Shown here: positions 24,685 through 37,908 of the stretch, piece by piece
Layout of the letters: every line of letters begins with the position of its first letter
Numbering within the stretch: the stretch's first letter is position 1
Source: Podarcis liolepis
Lineage: Eukaryota
Strand: one strand, 5' to 3'
NCBI GenBank assembly: GCA_965112155.1
Contig: OZ218107.1
DNA: 64,000 nt
Made by a program: the position numbers and the translations under genes
The notes under the pieces: model-generated
Told to the model about the DNA's origin: nothing
The model's input: the letters and a program-made list of their open reading frames with translations, nothing else
Databases searched by the model: none

Positions 24685-26278
24685 GAGATGCCAGAAATTT
24701 CAAGGTGGGGAGTTGGGACCATTGGAGCTACGCACCTTCTCCAAGAGCAGGTGGTTTCTTTTTTCTGATACTAGGCTAAGGGTGGGCCAGCTTCAGTCCC
24801 TCAGTCTCAACTTTTAATGTTGAGCCAAGGATTCCAACCTGATGATCAAAAATGAACGCTGGTGGGTAATTATTAAGTGACCCCATAACGGATCTCACTT
24901 ACATTTTCCTATGAAAGCCATTAGTTTTCTCTTGATGCTAATGAAATATTTCTGGTTTTACAGACTTAATAGCGATGGACAATTCATTTCATTTTGCATT
25001 AATATGCACTTACACACACAAACAGACATGTGCATTTATATTGGTGTTTTCAGTAAGTATTTGAATGTATATTCTCTCTCAAACTACTATTTAAAGGTGT
25101 GGGGTTTTTTTACTTGCAGAGACTGATATCCACAAACAAGGTAAATGCCTTGTCTATCACAAAGAAAACAATGTGGACGTAGGTTTATGTTCTCTGAACT
25201 GATTCGTGATTTGCAATTGCTCTTGAGCATCTGAAGCTCTGACTGCTAAAATAAAGATTTCTGTGTCAATGTGCAATCATTTGAATATCACACTGTGGTT
25301 TTTTTATAATCAGTATGCGATCACAGCTGTTTAAAATAAAGTCTTGAAATAAAACAACACTGCAGTTCAGATGTAAATGGAAATTTGCACATATGGACTT
25401 TGGGCAAAAGAGGATTCCAACTCTGAGTCATATTCACAAGGTCCAGATCATGGGTTGTCTTTGTCAACACCTCATGTTCAGGCATTGCTCTACCTATTTT
25501 ACCAAAATAATCTAGCCCAGATACCCTTCTTGGTTTATGTTGTCTTCAAGTGTCTTTACAGATGTGTCTTCCAATATGAAGGAACACACTTTCCTCATTT
25601 CCACAGTGACCGCAACAAGCCAGCCCCCATCCAAGCAGCACTTTCCATCTTCTGCTTCTCTCTCACTCTTCCCCCCACCTCTCATTAAGCACCTTCTAGA
25701 AGGTATGGTTGCACCGATAGATGACATTTTGCTAACAAGTAATAAATTGTTTCTTTCTAGCAGCAACAGAGTCATCAGAATTTTTTTTTAATTAGGCCAA
25801 TTAAACTTATCAATAGTCATCCCTCACCCTTGTCAAGGACACCTAGAAGCAGCAGCAAATCTATTTCCCCACTTCAGTTTTAAAGGGAACGAACTGAATG
25901 AGCAATTCTAAATGTATTAGGCAGTAACATCCACAGTTGGGAAGCGTAATTACTAAATGCCCTCACTCCTTACAGCTCAAGGTTATAACCAGGATTAACC
26001 ACCGGGACTGCTGAATCTGCAGAACTGAATAGTAAAGCTTCCTAAATGAACACCAACCCCCCCCCAAGCCTCTGAAACCAGTGAGGTAGCCTGCTTTTGT
26101 TTTTTGTTTTTTTGTTTTGGGGTGTGTGTTGTGTGTGTGTGTGTGTGTGTATTAATTTGCAAGTGAGTAATGACGTAGTACAATAAAAGTCTGCTGGGAA
26201 TAATGTCTCACATTCTGAGAGTTTAAGAAACTCCACCAGATAAAAAAGGGGAATCAACATAAATTATTTCTCTCATAT

Positions 26279-26279
<1 letters not shown>

Positions 26280-26316
<37 letters not shown>
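26280..26316. repeat. (AGAT)n microsatellite
   Basis: Direct reading. Confidence 0.95.
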
Positions 26317-26317
<1 letters not shown>

Positions 26318-26404
26318 TAGATCTCTGTCTATATATCTTTATTTGGCCTGTGTGTGAGAAAGAGAGTGGGGAATGATTCAGTGCTATGTTAATTGATTAA
26401 CATA

Positions 26405-26656
26405 GAGCCAGTATGGTGTAGTGGTTAAGAGCGGTATCTTGTAACCTGGTGAACCGGGTTCGCTTCCCCGCTCCTCCACATGCAGCTGCTGGGTGACCTT
26501 GGGCCAGTCACACTTCTCTGAAGTCTCTCAGCCCCACTCACCTCACAGAGTGTTTGTTGTGGGGGAGGAAGGGAAAGGAGAATGTTAGCCGCTTTGAGAC
26601 TCCTTAAAGGGAGTGAAAGGCGGGATATCAAATCCAAACTCTTCTTCTTCTTCTTC
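26405..26656 (+). mobile_element. Squam3-type SINE
   Basis: Near-identical to 22686-22950; (TTC)n tail. Confidence 0.85.
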
Positions 26657-26769
26657 TAAAGAGCTGGGGGAGTGGAGAAGAAAGGATGAAGTATTGTATT
26701 GGTACCAACAGACACCCCATCCCAAGTGCACAGTTGTAACTACCTCATTGCTTGCATCTCCCTCTAATC

Positions 26770-27946
26770 CAGTGTTTCCCAACCGGTGTTCCGCGGCACA
26801 CTAGTGTGCCGTGAGACGTTGCCTAGTGTGCCGTGGGAGGGAGGCTCCCCAGGCTTAAGGAAGCTATCCCCCCAGCCGCGCAAGCTCCGCGCAAGCTCCC
26901 AGAGCGATGCCAAAGCTGCGCGCACCTTTGCCATCGCTCTCCAACCCGTTCGGGGGGCTGGGGTCGGGGGAAGCTCCAGCTTCCCCCGCCCGCAGCCTCC
27001 CAAGCCCCGAGAGCGATGGCGAACGTGCGCACACCATCGCCATCGCTCTCTGACCTGTTCGGGGGGCTGGGGAGGGGGGAAGCTCCGGCTTCCCCCGCCC
27101 CCAGCCCGCGCAAGGTCCCAGAGTGATGGCGAAGGTGCGCACACCTTCGCCATCGCTCTCCGACCTGCTCTGCGGGCTGGGGACGGGAGAAGCTCCGGCT
27201 TCCCCCGCCCCCAGCCCGCGCAAGGTCCCAGAGCGATGGCGAAGGTGCGCACACCTTCGCCATCGCTCTCTGACCTGCTCTGCGGGCTGGGGACGGGAGA
27301 AGCTCCGGCTTCCCCCGCCCCCAGCCCGCGCAAGGTCCCAGAGCGATGGCGAAGGTGCGCACACCTTCGCCATCGCTCTCCGACCTGCTCTGCGGGCTGG
27401 GGACGGGAGAAGCTCCGGCTTCCCCCGCCCCCAGCCCGCGCAAGCTCCGGGAGCAATGGCAAAGGTGCGCTCACCTTCGCCATCGCTCTCGGACCCTTTC
27501 TGGGGGCTGGGGGTGGGGGAAGCTCTGGCTTCCCCCACCTCCAGCCCCGCAAGCTCTGGGAGTGATGGCGAAGGTGCGCTCACCTTTGCCATCGCTCTCG
27601 GACCCTTTCTGGGGGCTGGGGGCGGGGGAAGCTCGGGCTTCCCCCACCCCCAGTCCCGCAAGCTCCGGGAGCCACTCTGGCTCCCATTCTGGGGGCTGGG
27701 GTCGGGGGAAGCTCGGGCTTCTCCCGCCCCAGCCCCGCGTCTGGGGGGGGGAATAATTTTTTTCCCTTTATTTCCCCCCCAAAATCTAGGTACGTCCTAT
27801 GGGCCGGTGCGTCCTATAGGGCGAAAAATAGGGTAGTCAATATAGGCACAGAGTTAATTTTTTAAACATTTTCTAATGGTGGTGTGCCTTGAGATTTTTT
27901 TCATGAAACAAGTGTGCCTTTGCCCAAAAAAGGTTGGGAAACACTG
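26770..27946. mobile_element. hAT (Charlie-like) non-autonomous element with captured cargo
   Basis: Perfect 15-bp TIR CAGTGTTTCCCAACC / GGTTGGGAAACACTG; perfect 8-bp TSD CTCTAATC (26762-26769, 27947-27954). Confidence 0.95.
26870..27740. repeat. GC-rich ~110-bp tandem array (~7 units), each unit a double hairpin
   Basis: Unit starts at 26902, 27011, 27121, 27231, 27341, 27451, 27560; hairpin GAGCGATGGCGAAGGTG-CGCA-CACCTTCGCCATCGCTC. Confidence 0.95.
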
Positions 27947-28353
27947 CTCTAATCCCAGTCCATAGCACCTCTCAAAGGGAAAGAAGAAAGCATGCCATGA
28001 TTGCCACTTGTGCCTTCCTTACTACTCTCAGTGCTTGCTCATTTAGCACTTGTGAAGCATGGGCTCAGTAGGTGCCCCAAAAGGTGCTCCATATATGATT
28101 GCCATTACAGTCAAAAAGAAGGGGTGCAAGTGCAGTCATGGATGAGCCACTCCTAAAATTTGTTGCCAGTGAACCATCTACATGGGCTTCTAATTTTTGA
28201 GAAAGGAAACGTCCACATGTTGTTGCAAGGACTCACAGTCTTCCTTGGTAAGGGCACGTCATGTTGCCATTTTCGAGTGCAATTCCATCTCTACCAGCAA
28301 ATTCAGGCTGCACAGTTCAAGCTAACTTGGGAGTTTTTGCAATAAGGAAAATA

Positions 28354-28604
28354 TAGTGGTACCTTGGTTTAAGAACAGCTTAGTTTATGAACAACTCGGA
28401 TTAAGAACGTTGCAAACCCGGAAGTAGGTGTTTTGGTTTGGGAACTTTGCCTTGGAATAAGAAAATGTTTCGCTTCCTGGTGAGTGTGTTCCATTTGTAA
28501 ATTGAGTCCCCGCTGCTATGGGAAAGCACACCTTGGTTTAAGAACACTTTGGTTTAAGAATAGACTTCCGGAATGGATTAAATTCGTAAACAAAGATACC
28601 ACTG
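28354..28604. mobile_element. Tigger-like Tc1/mariner MITE
   Basis: (C/T)AGTGGTACC..ATACCACTG ends; TA flanks. Confidence 0.8.
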
Positions 28605-29003
28605 TAATTGGGAAATGCAATGGAAAGTGTGGGAAAACACTTGCTTTAACAAACCATGATCTAGCCTCTCTGTAAACAAATATGAATGAATGCTCAGTAA
28701 AAAGCCAACATCACCTAATATTCCTGTGAAGAAATCAAGATGACTACTCATTAAATAGGTTGTATGGAAGTGAAGCAGAAGAGCATAACAAACTAAGATG
28801 ATCAAGCCAATGAACTACCAGGTGCCTGTGGGAAGCCTGCGAGCTGGACATGAGCGCAACAGCACCTGAAATTTCCAGCAACTGACATTCAGAGGAATGC
28901 TGCCTTGACAAGTAAAGAGATCCCCTGTCAAATTAGGCAAAAGCAATCCCTGCAAGCTTCTGGGGGAAAGGTGGGAGAAGCAGAGCTGTGCAGCTCCCCC
29001 AAA

Positions 29004-29050
<47 letters not shown>

Positions 29051-29056
29051 GGTCAG

Positions 29057-29088
<32 letters not shown>

Positions 29089-29107
29089 TCTACTTTATGC
29101 CAGCATA

Positions 29108-29497
29108 GGAGGAGTGTGTGGCACTGTGGTCTAAACCACTGAGCCTCTTGGGCTTGCCGATCGGAAGGTTGGTGGTTCAAATCCCCGTGACAGGGTGAGC
29201 TCCCGTTGCTCTGTCCCAGCTCCTGCCAACCTAGCAGTTCAAAAGCACATCAAAGTGCAGGTAGATAAATAGGAACTGCTGTGGCAGGAAGGTAAACGCT
29301 GTTGCCATGCGCTCTGGCTTCAGTCATGGTGTCCCGTTGCACCAGAAGCAGTTTAGTCCTGCTGGCCACATGACCTGGGAAGATTTCTGTGGACCACTGC
29401 CAGCTCCCTTGGCCTGAAGCGAGATGAGCACCGCACCCCATAGTTGCCTATGACTGGACTTAACAGTCCAGGGATCCTTTACCTTTCCTTTTTTTTA
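29108..29497 (+). mobile_element. Sauria SINE
   Basis: tRNA head (TGGCACTGTGG, GGTTCAAATCC), ctcctgccaacctagcagttc..gtagataaatagg body, CCTTTACCTTT tail; TSD GCCAGCATA. Confidence 0.9.
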
Positions 29498-32400
29498 CTT
29501 GCCAGCATACAACTATGACTAATTCCAAACAATGCCTGATTGTCAGGCATATTGATTCTGACAACAAACACTCTGTATAACTGAAGAGCAAGAATGCTAT
29601 TTAGCAAATGCACATCAGCTGATAAAAATACAATGAGTTACATTAGAATCAAACAAATAGTCCTTCTAGCCTAGCATTTCAAGCAATAGTGCTACATCAG
29701 ATCCTTGAAGTACAAAGGCCTTAGGCTGAATTTCTGCACAATGAAAAATATTTCCTGCAATTGTCTTTATTTAGCCACTTAGTAGCACCAATGTTTTTCG
29801 GTTGCAAATTATACATGTCACAAGAGACCAATTTTTACTCTGGACTATGACATCATCTAATCTGATTCTAAATCAAGCTGTAAAACTGCAAAATAGCATG
29901 TTGTTCTCATAGCAAGGCATTACAAGACTAGAGATTTTAGAAAATGTGGCATTATTTACGATATCTTATATTCACGGAGAACTTCCCATTTTAAACCTTC
30001 TTCATGTAAAAACATGTAAAAGCTATTCAGTTCCAGTTAAATACAAAGTTGAGGGTTGAAGTCAAGCAGCTGGATCTCCTACAACCAGATTTCCTCCTCA
30101 CCAGTCATCACATCTTCTGACAAATCCATAGAAACACAACAGCCCTATTGTGGTCTTCATGCTAAGATTTTTGAAGATTAAGGTTTCAATCCTATAACCA
30201 GTTACCTAGGAGAAAACTTTAATTAATCCAATGGAACTTTGTTCTGAATACACATATTTGAATTTTTGTTGTAAGTTTCCTAGCACCAGTGCTTTAAAGG
30301 AGTGCTGAACTACTAACAATATGGTCCCATCATCTGCTTGTTTTAATTAACTGATGGCTAGCTGCATGCCATGATTAAAATTATGTCTACTGTATTGCCA
30401 TGCTCCAAACTTATTTGTTCTGCAAGAGAAAGCAGCCTTTGTTTCCTATTGCATAATGAGTCATTATGTGGGCCTGTCATTGCTCTGACCCACCAACATT
30501 TATGCATTCAGCTGGAAGACTTATCAGAGGGGTAGGATGCACGCCACAAGGTTTTTGAGGGCCACTCTGCTCTTTCTCACAAAGTAAACCTGTCTGTGAA
30601 GCAAGGCACTACTAAAAAGGCTTTTACCTCTTTACTGTCCCAAGGACAGTCACAAGGAAGACTTTAAAATTCATTCAATATTAGGGAAGCAAGCAGAAGA
30701 TGGTTTACCTGGCAGATTAATCCACTAAGCTTTGCTACAGAGATGTCCAAATGGCCCGGGCTGCCCTTGGAGCCGCTCTGTCTGGTTTCTGAGTCGCCCT
30801 ACCAAATATTCGTCACTCTGATAAAAGGTTTTCCTACAGCTTCATTTGTAGAAAAATAAAAACGCTACCTGCTCTCAACAAAAAGAGACATCTTGATTTT
30901 ACTTGTCCATTTTGGATTTTGTATATAATGCTCTGACTATATCTGAGTGCATGGCTTCCTAACTGCGAAGCTTTTACTCAGTGGCACACCCCAAGGTCTC
31001 AAATTTCAGCAGCACCATGTGCAATGCCAAAATTCGGCAAGCAATCTGCCTTCCATTCTACACCATAGTTATGGCACCTCCAAGGTTCTGTGCCCAGTGC
31101 AACCGAATCGGTCATGTTCCCCTAAATCTGCCTCTGCTTTACTGCCTGATGTTGCAAACTTTATTGCAGAGTATGGCCACTTGTGGAGAGAGACGTATGT
31201 GCAGTAAGATACTCTTCAAGGCCCAAGATTTTAATCTGAGGAATAGAATAGTCTCTCGGAATACCTAAACTGGCCATTTCAAAGTTGCCTTTGAAAAGGG
31301 AAAGGCAACTTTACTTAATGGAATCATTTTTTAATTGCTACCTTTGAACATTAAATGTAATAGGAAATGAAAAAGAACACATTAAAGATGGTCTTTCCTT
31401 CTAACTAGCCTCTCAAATGTCCAAATCTAATGCTAAACACTGCCCCCAACCCAGCATGCAAATGTGAAAGAATGGGAAATGGAGTGCTGTGACTATTAGA
31501 AGTCTTACAGTGCAATCCTATACAACATGTTTACTCAGAAGAAAGTCCCATAACATTCAATGTACAGTACTTACTCCCAGATAATTGTGTCTTGGATTGC
31601 AGCCTGAGTTAATATTTGCACATTAGGAAATGGAGAACATGTAACATTTCCTCTTCCATTTCTGGGCAAATGGATTTGGATGGTTCATTCTGCTATAAAC
31701 AATTCCTCACTGCAACCACATTGGTGATGAACAGAATGTTCTGGGTAGTCAACAATTTGCCCTTGTCTGCCTGCTTTTATTCAGAATGAGCTTGTTCTCA
31801 GACACTTTGTTTTTCTGTCTTTTCTTGGGGGCCTGTATTCAGCTTTGTCAAACCCTTCCATACAAAGAGTGCAAATTTGAAAACTAATCTCTGCCTGTGC
31901 AGCATTTTATTTTCATTGTTTACACTTATGAACATACATAGTTGGAAATCAACTGGATTGTCTAGTATCCAAAGCTGCAGCTGCACTGTCGATGCTTAAA
32001 CATGGCCAGCTGAAATTAGGCATCTGGAATGCCTTCACAGTTCCAATTATTTAAATGCTGTTTGTAAGGGGTGTGTGATGTTGGCATGACATTATTGTTT
32101 CTCTGGTGGCGTAAAGGATGGCTAGTCCTCTTTTTACATTTCCCCACCTTGTAAATTGCATCACTTTCCTCTGAATAGGCCATTTATGATGGCGAAATTA
32201 TCTACGTTTATAAAAGCATTAATCAGACTGCATGTGTGCACTTAGAGGTCCATTTTCACCATTTTCTCTGATGAAGTGGAATCACACTGCACCTTCAGGC
32301 TTTTAGTTCTGTGGAAACGAATTGAAACATGCATTGGGGAAGAGTGTTTTGATACATTACACCATTTCTAAACAACCATCCGAAGGGTTGTGCCTTTTAT

Positions 32401-34792
32401 ACTGAGTAATTGGCACCACATTTGTGCCACGAGAATAGAAGCTCTGAAAATTACTGCTTGCCTGCTGCCAGTCATGTCTGAAATTGAATAGAAACTATTG
32501 CATTTTGTAGCCTCGGTACTGAGTATTCTTTGTGTTTTTACAAAATGCTAATTTCACATTCAAAGATCAATCATCAATTCATCTAGCCACTATTTTTGGA
32601 TATCATGTCCTCACTACCCATCCCATTTCTCTAGCCCACTCTTTCGCTGGTAGCTATTTATTGTGACACTTTAACTCTTTCTGGGCTCTGCAGGAGTGGG
32701 AAGGAGATTCCATTTCCTCTTAAGCCAACTCCAGTACAGCTCAGCAAATCGCATCACACATGGCATTATGGAGGAAAGGGAAGGCAGTCAAGGCTACACC
32801 CCCTACCTTTCCTTTCCCTAAACACAGTGCTTTTTATAAGAGCTCTCCTCCTGCTTCTGCTATCCAGAATACATAGACAAAACCAACAACAATGCTTCAG
32901 GTTTGCCAGCACTCAATAGCTCTTTGATTCAGTGATTTTCATCAATGAGCCTGTCTTCAAGCAAAATAAAATAAAGAAAGATTTCTCTCTCCCTTCCTCA
33001 CTGTTTAGTTGTATGCGACCAAGAGCTTTCCCTTTTGAATTCCCTAGCAGCGATGTTATCATAAAAGCATGATTATCCATTCAGAAATTGACCATCTTCT
33101 AAGGATTGGTGCTTATGCCTTTCAGCTCCCAGTAAGTGCTGTTTTGCATTTTGTACCCCCACCTTTCCAGTGGGTGGTGCATTATCTAAGCCACGTACAT
33201 TTTAAACACACTTCTCTTTTCCATTAATACTGTCGGAAGTGGTGCTGTTGGCAGAATTCATACAGCCCGTCTGCAATAAACATTTCCTGTCTACTGAGGC
33301 AGTCATATTGCCATGGGTTCCTACTTCAAGGGGGGAGGAAAAACGCCCACCAACCTTTCCCACCCCCACCACACTCTTCCTAGTCAAGTATCCCTGACAA
33401 TACACAGCAGAGGTTTCAAACAAGGAAACTGAAATTAACCAGACAGGCAGCCTCAGCAAAGCACAGTGATTAGAACAAACAATTGCATGGCTAGTCAGAG
33501 ACCATCTTCATGGAACTACAGAAGAGATGTGGAGCCATTTTTCACTAGTATCCAGAGAAAATGTCAGCATGCAGCTGCTCTGTGCACTGTCAGACCGTAT
33601 CCTACTTTGGTCAAAGGGGGGACCCAGATAGTTGTCCCTTAAGGAGAAAATTTTAAAGGGCCCATTACAAATCTGATTTACTGGTGTTCTCGTGTGGTGC
33701 TTTCTGTTGTGTGTTGCAGATTTCAGTGGGGCATGGAGCTACCACTAAATGTAAGCTTCTGTATGCATTTCAGGTGGCAGGGATTAAAAACATCCAATAT
33801 TAACCCAGGACCAGCTCTTTTCCCAATTTACGCCCCCCCCTCCAGATTACTTCAGAATCAAGCAGAGCATAACCACACAATGGGAGATTTGTATACATGG
33901 CTTTCACGAACATTAAAATAAATAACAAAGCCCCAATGCATTCAGATGCAATGCTTTTTTGTTGTTGTTCCAAAAGGCAGAGGCAAAAGGCATGTTCAAG
34001 AACAAAAGGAAATCCATCATTCACCATGAAAGGAACACAAATGCATTCAGGTCTGCTAGATATAGCTAGCTTTTATTTTACATGACAACAGTCACACTCA
34101 AGCGGATACAGAAGTCTGAAACACCAAATCCGGGCTCTTCCCCAGCTCTAGCACTTAAGCCATTGGGAACCAGAGTAATTTTTTTAATGGTTTCTCTGCT
34201 TTTAATAGCAGCCAGAAAGTGACTCTAAAGGAACAAGCTGATTGTGGCATTGCTGAAGAAGGAAGCCTTCAAAAGTTAACCTCTTGGCCATTCATAAAAT
34301 GAACAAACAGCCAAAATAAAATTGCCCCTCATTTCCTAATGCTGCCACCTCAAGAAACTCCAAAAAGTCCATTCTTCCTTTGTTGCTAAAAAGCCAATAA
34401 TCAGTGCATCTGTTCAGCCTTCCTGGCACCCTGGATTGTTCGTTCTTCTGCTTTTTGCTTCCTACATAACAATTATCTGATACTTCCTGAGTGAAAAGGG
34501 GTTGGTTGGCCATAAGAACAGCAGCACAGAGCTTTACAGCAAATACCGAACATCCTCGATATAGCCAAGTGAGACTCAGGATCAAGTTTGGGTTCCACAT
34601 CTGTTCAATTACAGGTAGCGCTACAAATTCCAATTCGGCAATGTGGGATTTAAATGCCCACAGCTGGACCACCCCCTCTCCCTTTAGGTCTCAGCAAACT
34701 GAAGCACTGGCTCCAGGCAGGAATACAGGAAAGGAAGGCAGGAGTGGAGAGAAAAAGAAGAGCAGGAAAACCAGGCAGAGCCTTTCCCCTAC

Positions 34793-35365
34793 CTTTCCAT
34801 GGTCCTCATTCAGCCAGTCTGCCTTCTCCTGGTAGTGATGAGGCCACCTGTACTGATCCAACCCATTTGTAAGGGAAGAAAATAATCTTCTGGAGAGGGA
34901 AGAAGCCTCGGCTGTGCTTGAGAGTTTTCAGCGCGGGTGTCTAGAATTTTCCGCTAAAGCCACAGACACAGCAACACAAAACTGCAGCTGAGCGCTTTTG
35001 TTTTCCCTCCTCTCTGAAGGCAAGCAGGCAGCAGCAGCAGCAGCAGCTCCGGAGTCTCTCTGTCTCTCTCCCCACCCCCCAGCAGCAGCCTAACTCTGCT
35101 CTCCTTCAGTCAGGGTCCTTTAAGCATCTGAGCAGTGATGACCTATTCTATGCCCATCTCTCTACCTATTACTCTTGGTTTCCCTCAGATAAAAGAGCAG
35201 GATGAGGCGGCAGTCAGGTGACCCTTCCTCTCTTAAAAGCAGAAGACACACCAATAGAGGCTCTGACTTCTTCTCTTCCTTTTTAAGGAGATAAAGGTAG
35301 CTCATTTACATTACAAAGCAAGAGGAAAAATATAGCTATAAGGGCTGATAATTAGTGTTTTATCC
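34793..35365 (-). promoter_or_regulatory. Putative promoter and first exon of an unidentified minus-strand gene
   Basis: Minus strand: TTAAA (~35119-35123), CTG-repeat 5'UTR-like leader, strong Kozak gaccATGG (ATG at 34800-34798), then AG|GTAGGG donor at 34793/34792. CCAAT at 35251, clustered GATA motifs, TE-poor flank. No downstream exon identified. Confidence 0.35.
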
Positions 35366-35464
35366 CACTCTCCCTCACCTCCCTGAAAAATCAATGAAAG
35401 AGAGCGTCACACGGGGGAAGGATATATAATTAAACTTTTCACTGTTAAGAGCCAGGCATGGACA

Positions 35465-35826
35465 CAGAGGCGTAGTGTGGGCAGGGCGAAGGGGGGCATT
35501 GCCCTGGGTGCAGTTTTGGGGGGGCGCATTTTGCTCTTAACACCACCCCTGACAGCCCCACGCCGCTTTGTGAGTCTGATCCGGCATGCCAGCCTCACAA
35601 AGCGGCGTGGGGCTGGCAGGAGGACACGTGGGGCTGGCAGGAGGGCACCAGGAGGACACAACAGGCAGGCACCCTTCAAATTAGCCCGGTCCGAGTGATT
35701 GGCAGGGCAAGTGGCTGCTCTGTTGCATCCTCCTCACATTGCCCACCTCACCCCCAGTGTGTGCACCCCAGGTGCCACGAGGACACACCCCACACTACAC
35801 TGACAGTATGTTATGCATCACTCTTG
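35465..35826. mobile_element. GC-rich hAT-type MITE
   Basis: Starts CAGAGGCGTAG; degenerate right end; TSD CATGGACA/CATGGATG (6/8). Confidence 0.6.
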
Positions 35827-37572
35827 CATGGATGCAAGCATACCAAAACAGACCCAGTTTTAATCATTAACAGACACCCACCCAAGTGTTTTCACTCAGG
35901 TAGACAAGGAGAGATCTATGATTTAAGGGACTGTTATTAGAAATGACCACTTCAAGGCAGGCAGGGGGCTTTCTTCATACTCTACTATTGGGTAGTGGTT
36001 ACCACTTCTACTCAGGATATAAATAACATCTGCATACTGGAGTAATTGCATTTTTATTTGTCATATTCTGCCCCTCTCCCAAGTAGCTCGGGGTGGTGTT
36101 CATGGCTCCCCACTTGAATCCTCAAACACCCTTTTCTGGCAACTTAGGCTGAGAGGGCGTGACAGGGCTAAGGACATCCAGTGACTATCACGGTTGAGGG
36201 CAGATTTGAACCTGGGTCTTCCTGCTCCCTAGTCCAGTATCCTGACCATTATGCTGCCCTGGGAGCACTGGTGAGCTCAAAGTACCCATTTGCAGAGGTG
36301 GCTGACAGAGACATTTCTGCATATATCGCTGTGCTGGCCTTGCTTTCTTCCAGTGAGCCTCAGCTGGAGGCCGGTACTTCAACTGTGCTTCTGCACTGGG
36401 GGTGATTGAATGATTCAATCATTTCCAAGCAGAGATGCAGCAAAATAATATCCCCTCAGAGGAGCACAGGACCTCTGTTTCTGCAGGAGTTTCTCCTCTG
36501 GGTTTCCCAATCCAGAAATATGCCTGGATCAGTACCTTCTGAAGAAACAGAAAAGCAGGGCTCCTTTTAGGGTGGGGAGTGGGAAGAGTCTGAAACCTTA
36601 AAGAATAAAGTACAGTACCAATTTGAATTCAGAAATAGTACACCTCAGCTGCCATAAATCTTGGAATAGTAGTAGTATAGTGGAGGTTGATCATGGGGAT
36701 GTGAGCTGATTATATGCTGTTGAGCTAGACAACAGTTGTGTAGAAAGTAACCACATAGTGACCGGACTTAACTGGTTGTTATACAAACGTTACAACTGCA
36801 GTGTTTGACTGGACAATACCTCTATAGGAATTGTTACTGAGGGGAGCCATACAATGTTCCACCTCACATGGGGTCATGAGAATGAGCCCTTAGTAATGCT
36901 ACAGCCTAAGATAATGTTATGGTCTTTATACTTTTTCATGTTACAGTAATGGGTCATAGGTTCCCTCTATCAAGTCACCCTTGATCCTGAAAACTGTAAC
37001 ATGGGAGGGAAAGGTTTAGAAGTGCATCTACATTACATTGCACTACACCTTTAATATATATATCCCACCTTTCTTCCAATGAAATTCAGGCAGCATACAG
37101 TAAGCACACAACTTATGCACACTTAATTTGTGCCCATTCAGCTTTATGCACATGGCAATACTACTACTAATAATAATAAATAAATTAAAGGGGGTGGAAA
37201 GTGAGCAGGAAAGGCTTCCTGTTTCCTGTGTGCCAGGGGATGGACGCCTCTCCCAACACTGCGGGAAGAGACAGATGGAGATAAACAGAAAATGAGGGGG
37301 AACAGCATTTTCTGCATTCTCTTTGATTGGAAAAGGAACCTGGCTCTCACCCGGAGTTTGCCTGATGGTCCGACACTCGCTTTCCCATGGAATGCAAGGG
37401 CAGGCAAAGGCACTGGGTGCATGGAGCACTCCGGCTGCCACAACCCGCGATCCTGTTCCTGGAAGCACAGGTTACCCTGCTAATTGGGGTTTTTTTAATA
37501 TAAAAATTGGAGTAAAGTACAGGGGCGTACTAGAGATGATGAGATAAGAAACTGCGAAAATGAACCCAGCTA

Positions 37573-37908
37573 CAGTGGTGCCCCGCAAGACGAATGCCTC
37601 GCAAGACGGAAAACTCGCTAGACGAAAGAGTTTTCCGTTTTGGAGGTGCTTCGCAAAACGAATTTCCTATGGGCTTGCTTCGCAAGACGACAATGTCTTG
37701 CGAGTTCCTGCTGGCTTCTTTTCCTCTCCCCCCCTTTTTCTAAGCCGCTAAGCCGCTTATCAGCTGATCCGATCAGCAGATAAGCCACTAAAAGCTGCTA
37801 ATAGCGCTAATCCGCTAATCCGTCAATGGGCTTGCTTCCCAAGACGAAAAAACCGCTAGACGAAGAGAATCACAGAACGGATTCTTTTCGTCTTGCGAGG
37901 CACCACTG
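37573..37908. mobile_element. Tc1/mariner (Tigger-like) MITE, full length
   Basis: TIR CAGTGGTGCC.CGCAAGACG / CGTCTTGCGAGGCACCACTG; left TA; second copy at 5226-5532. Confidence 0.9.

Noticed and set aside
26870-27740. CRISPR-like palindromic repeat array
   Set aside because: The intervening segments are themselves repeated rather than unique spacers; no cas genes; vertebrate DNA inside a hAT element.
26764-27836. Several overlapping 200-265 aa ORFs on both strands
   Set aside because: Artefact of a stop-poor GC-rich 110-bp repeat; the period is not a multiple of 3, so the same peptides cycle through all frames.
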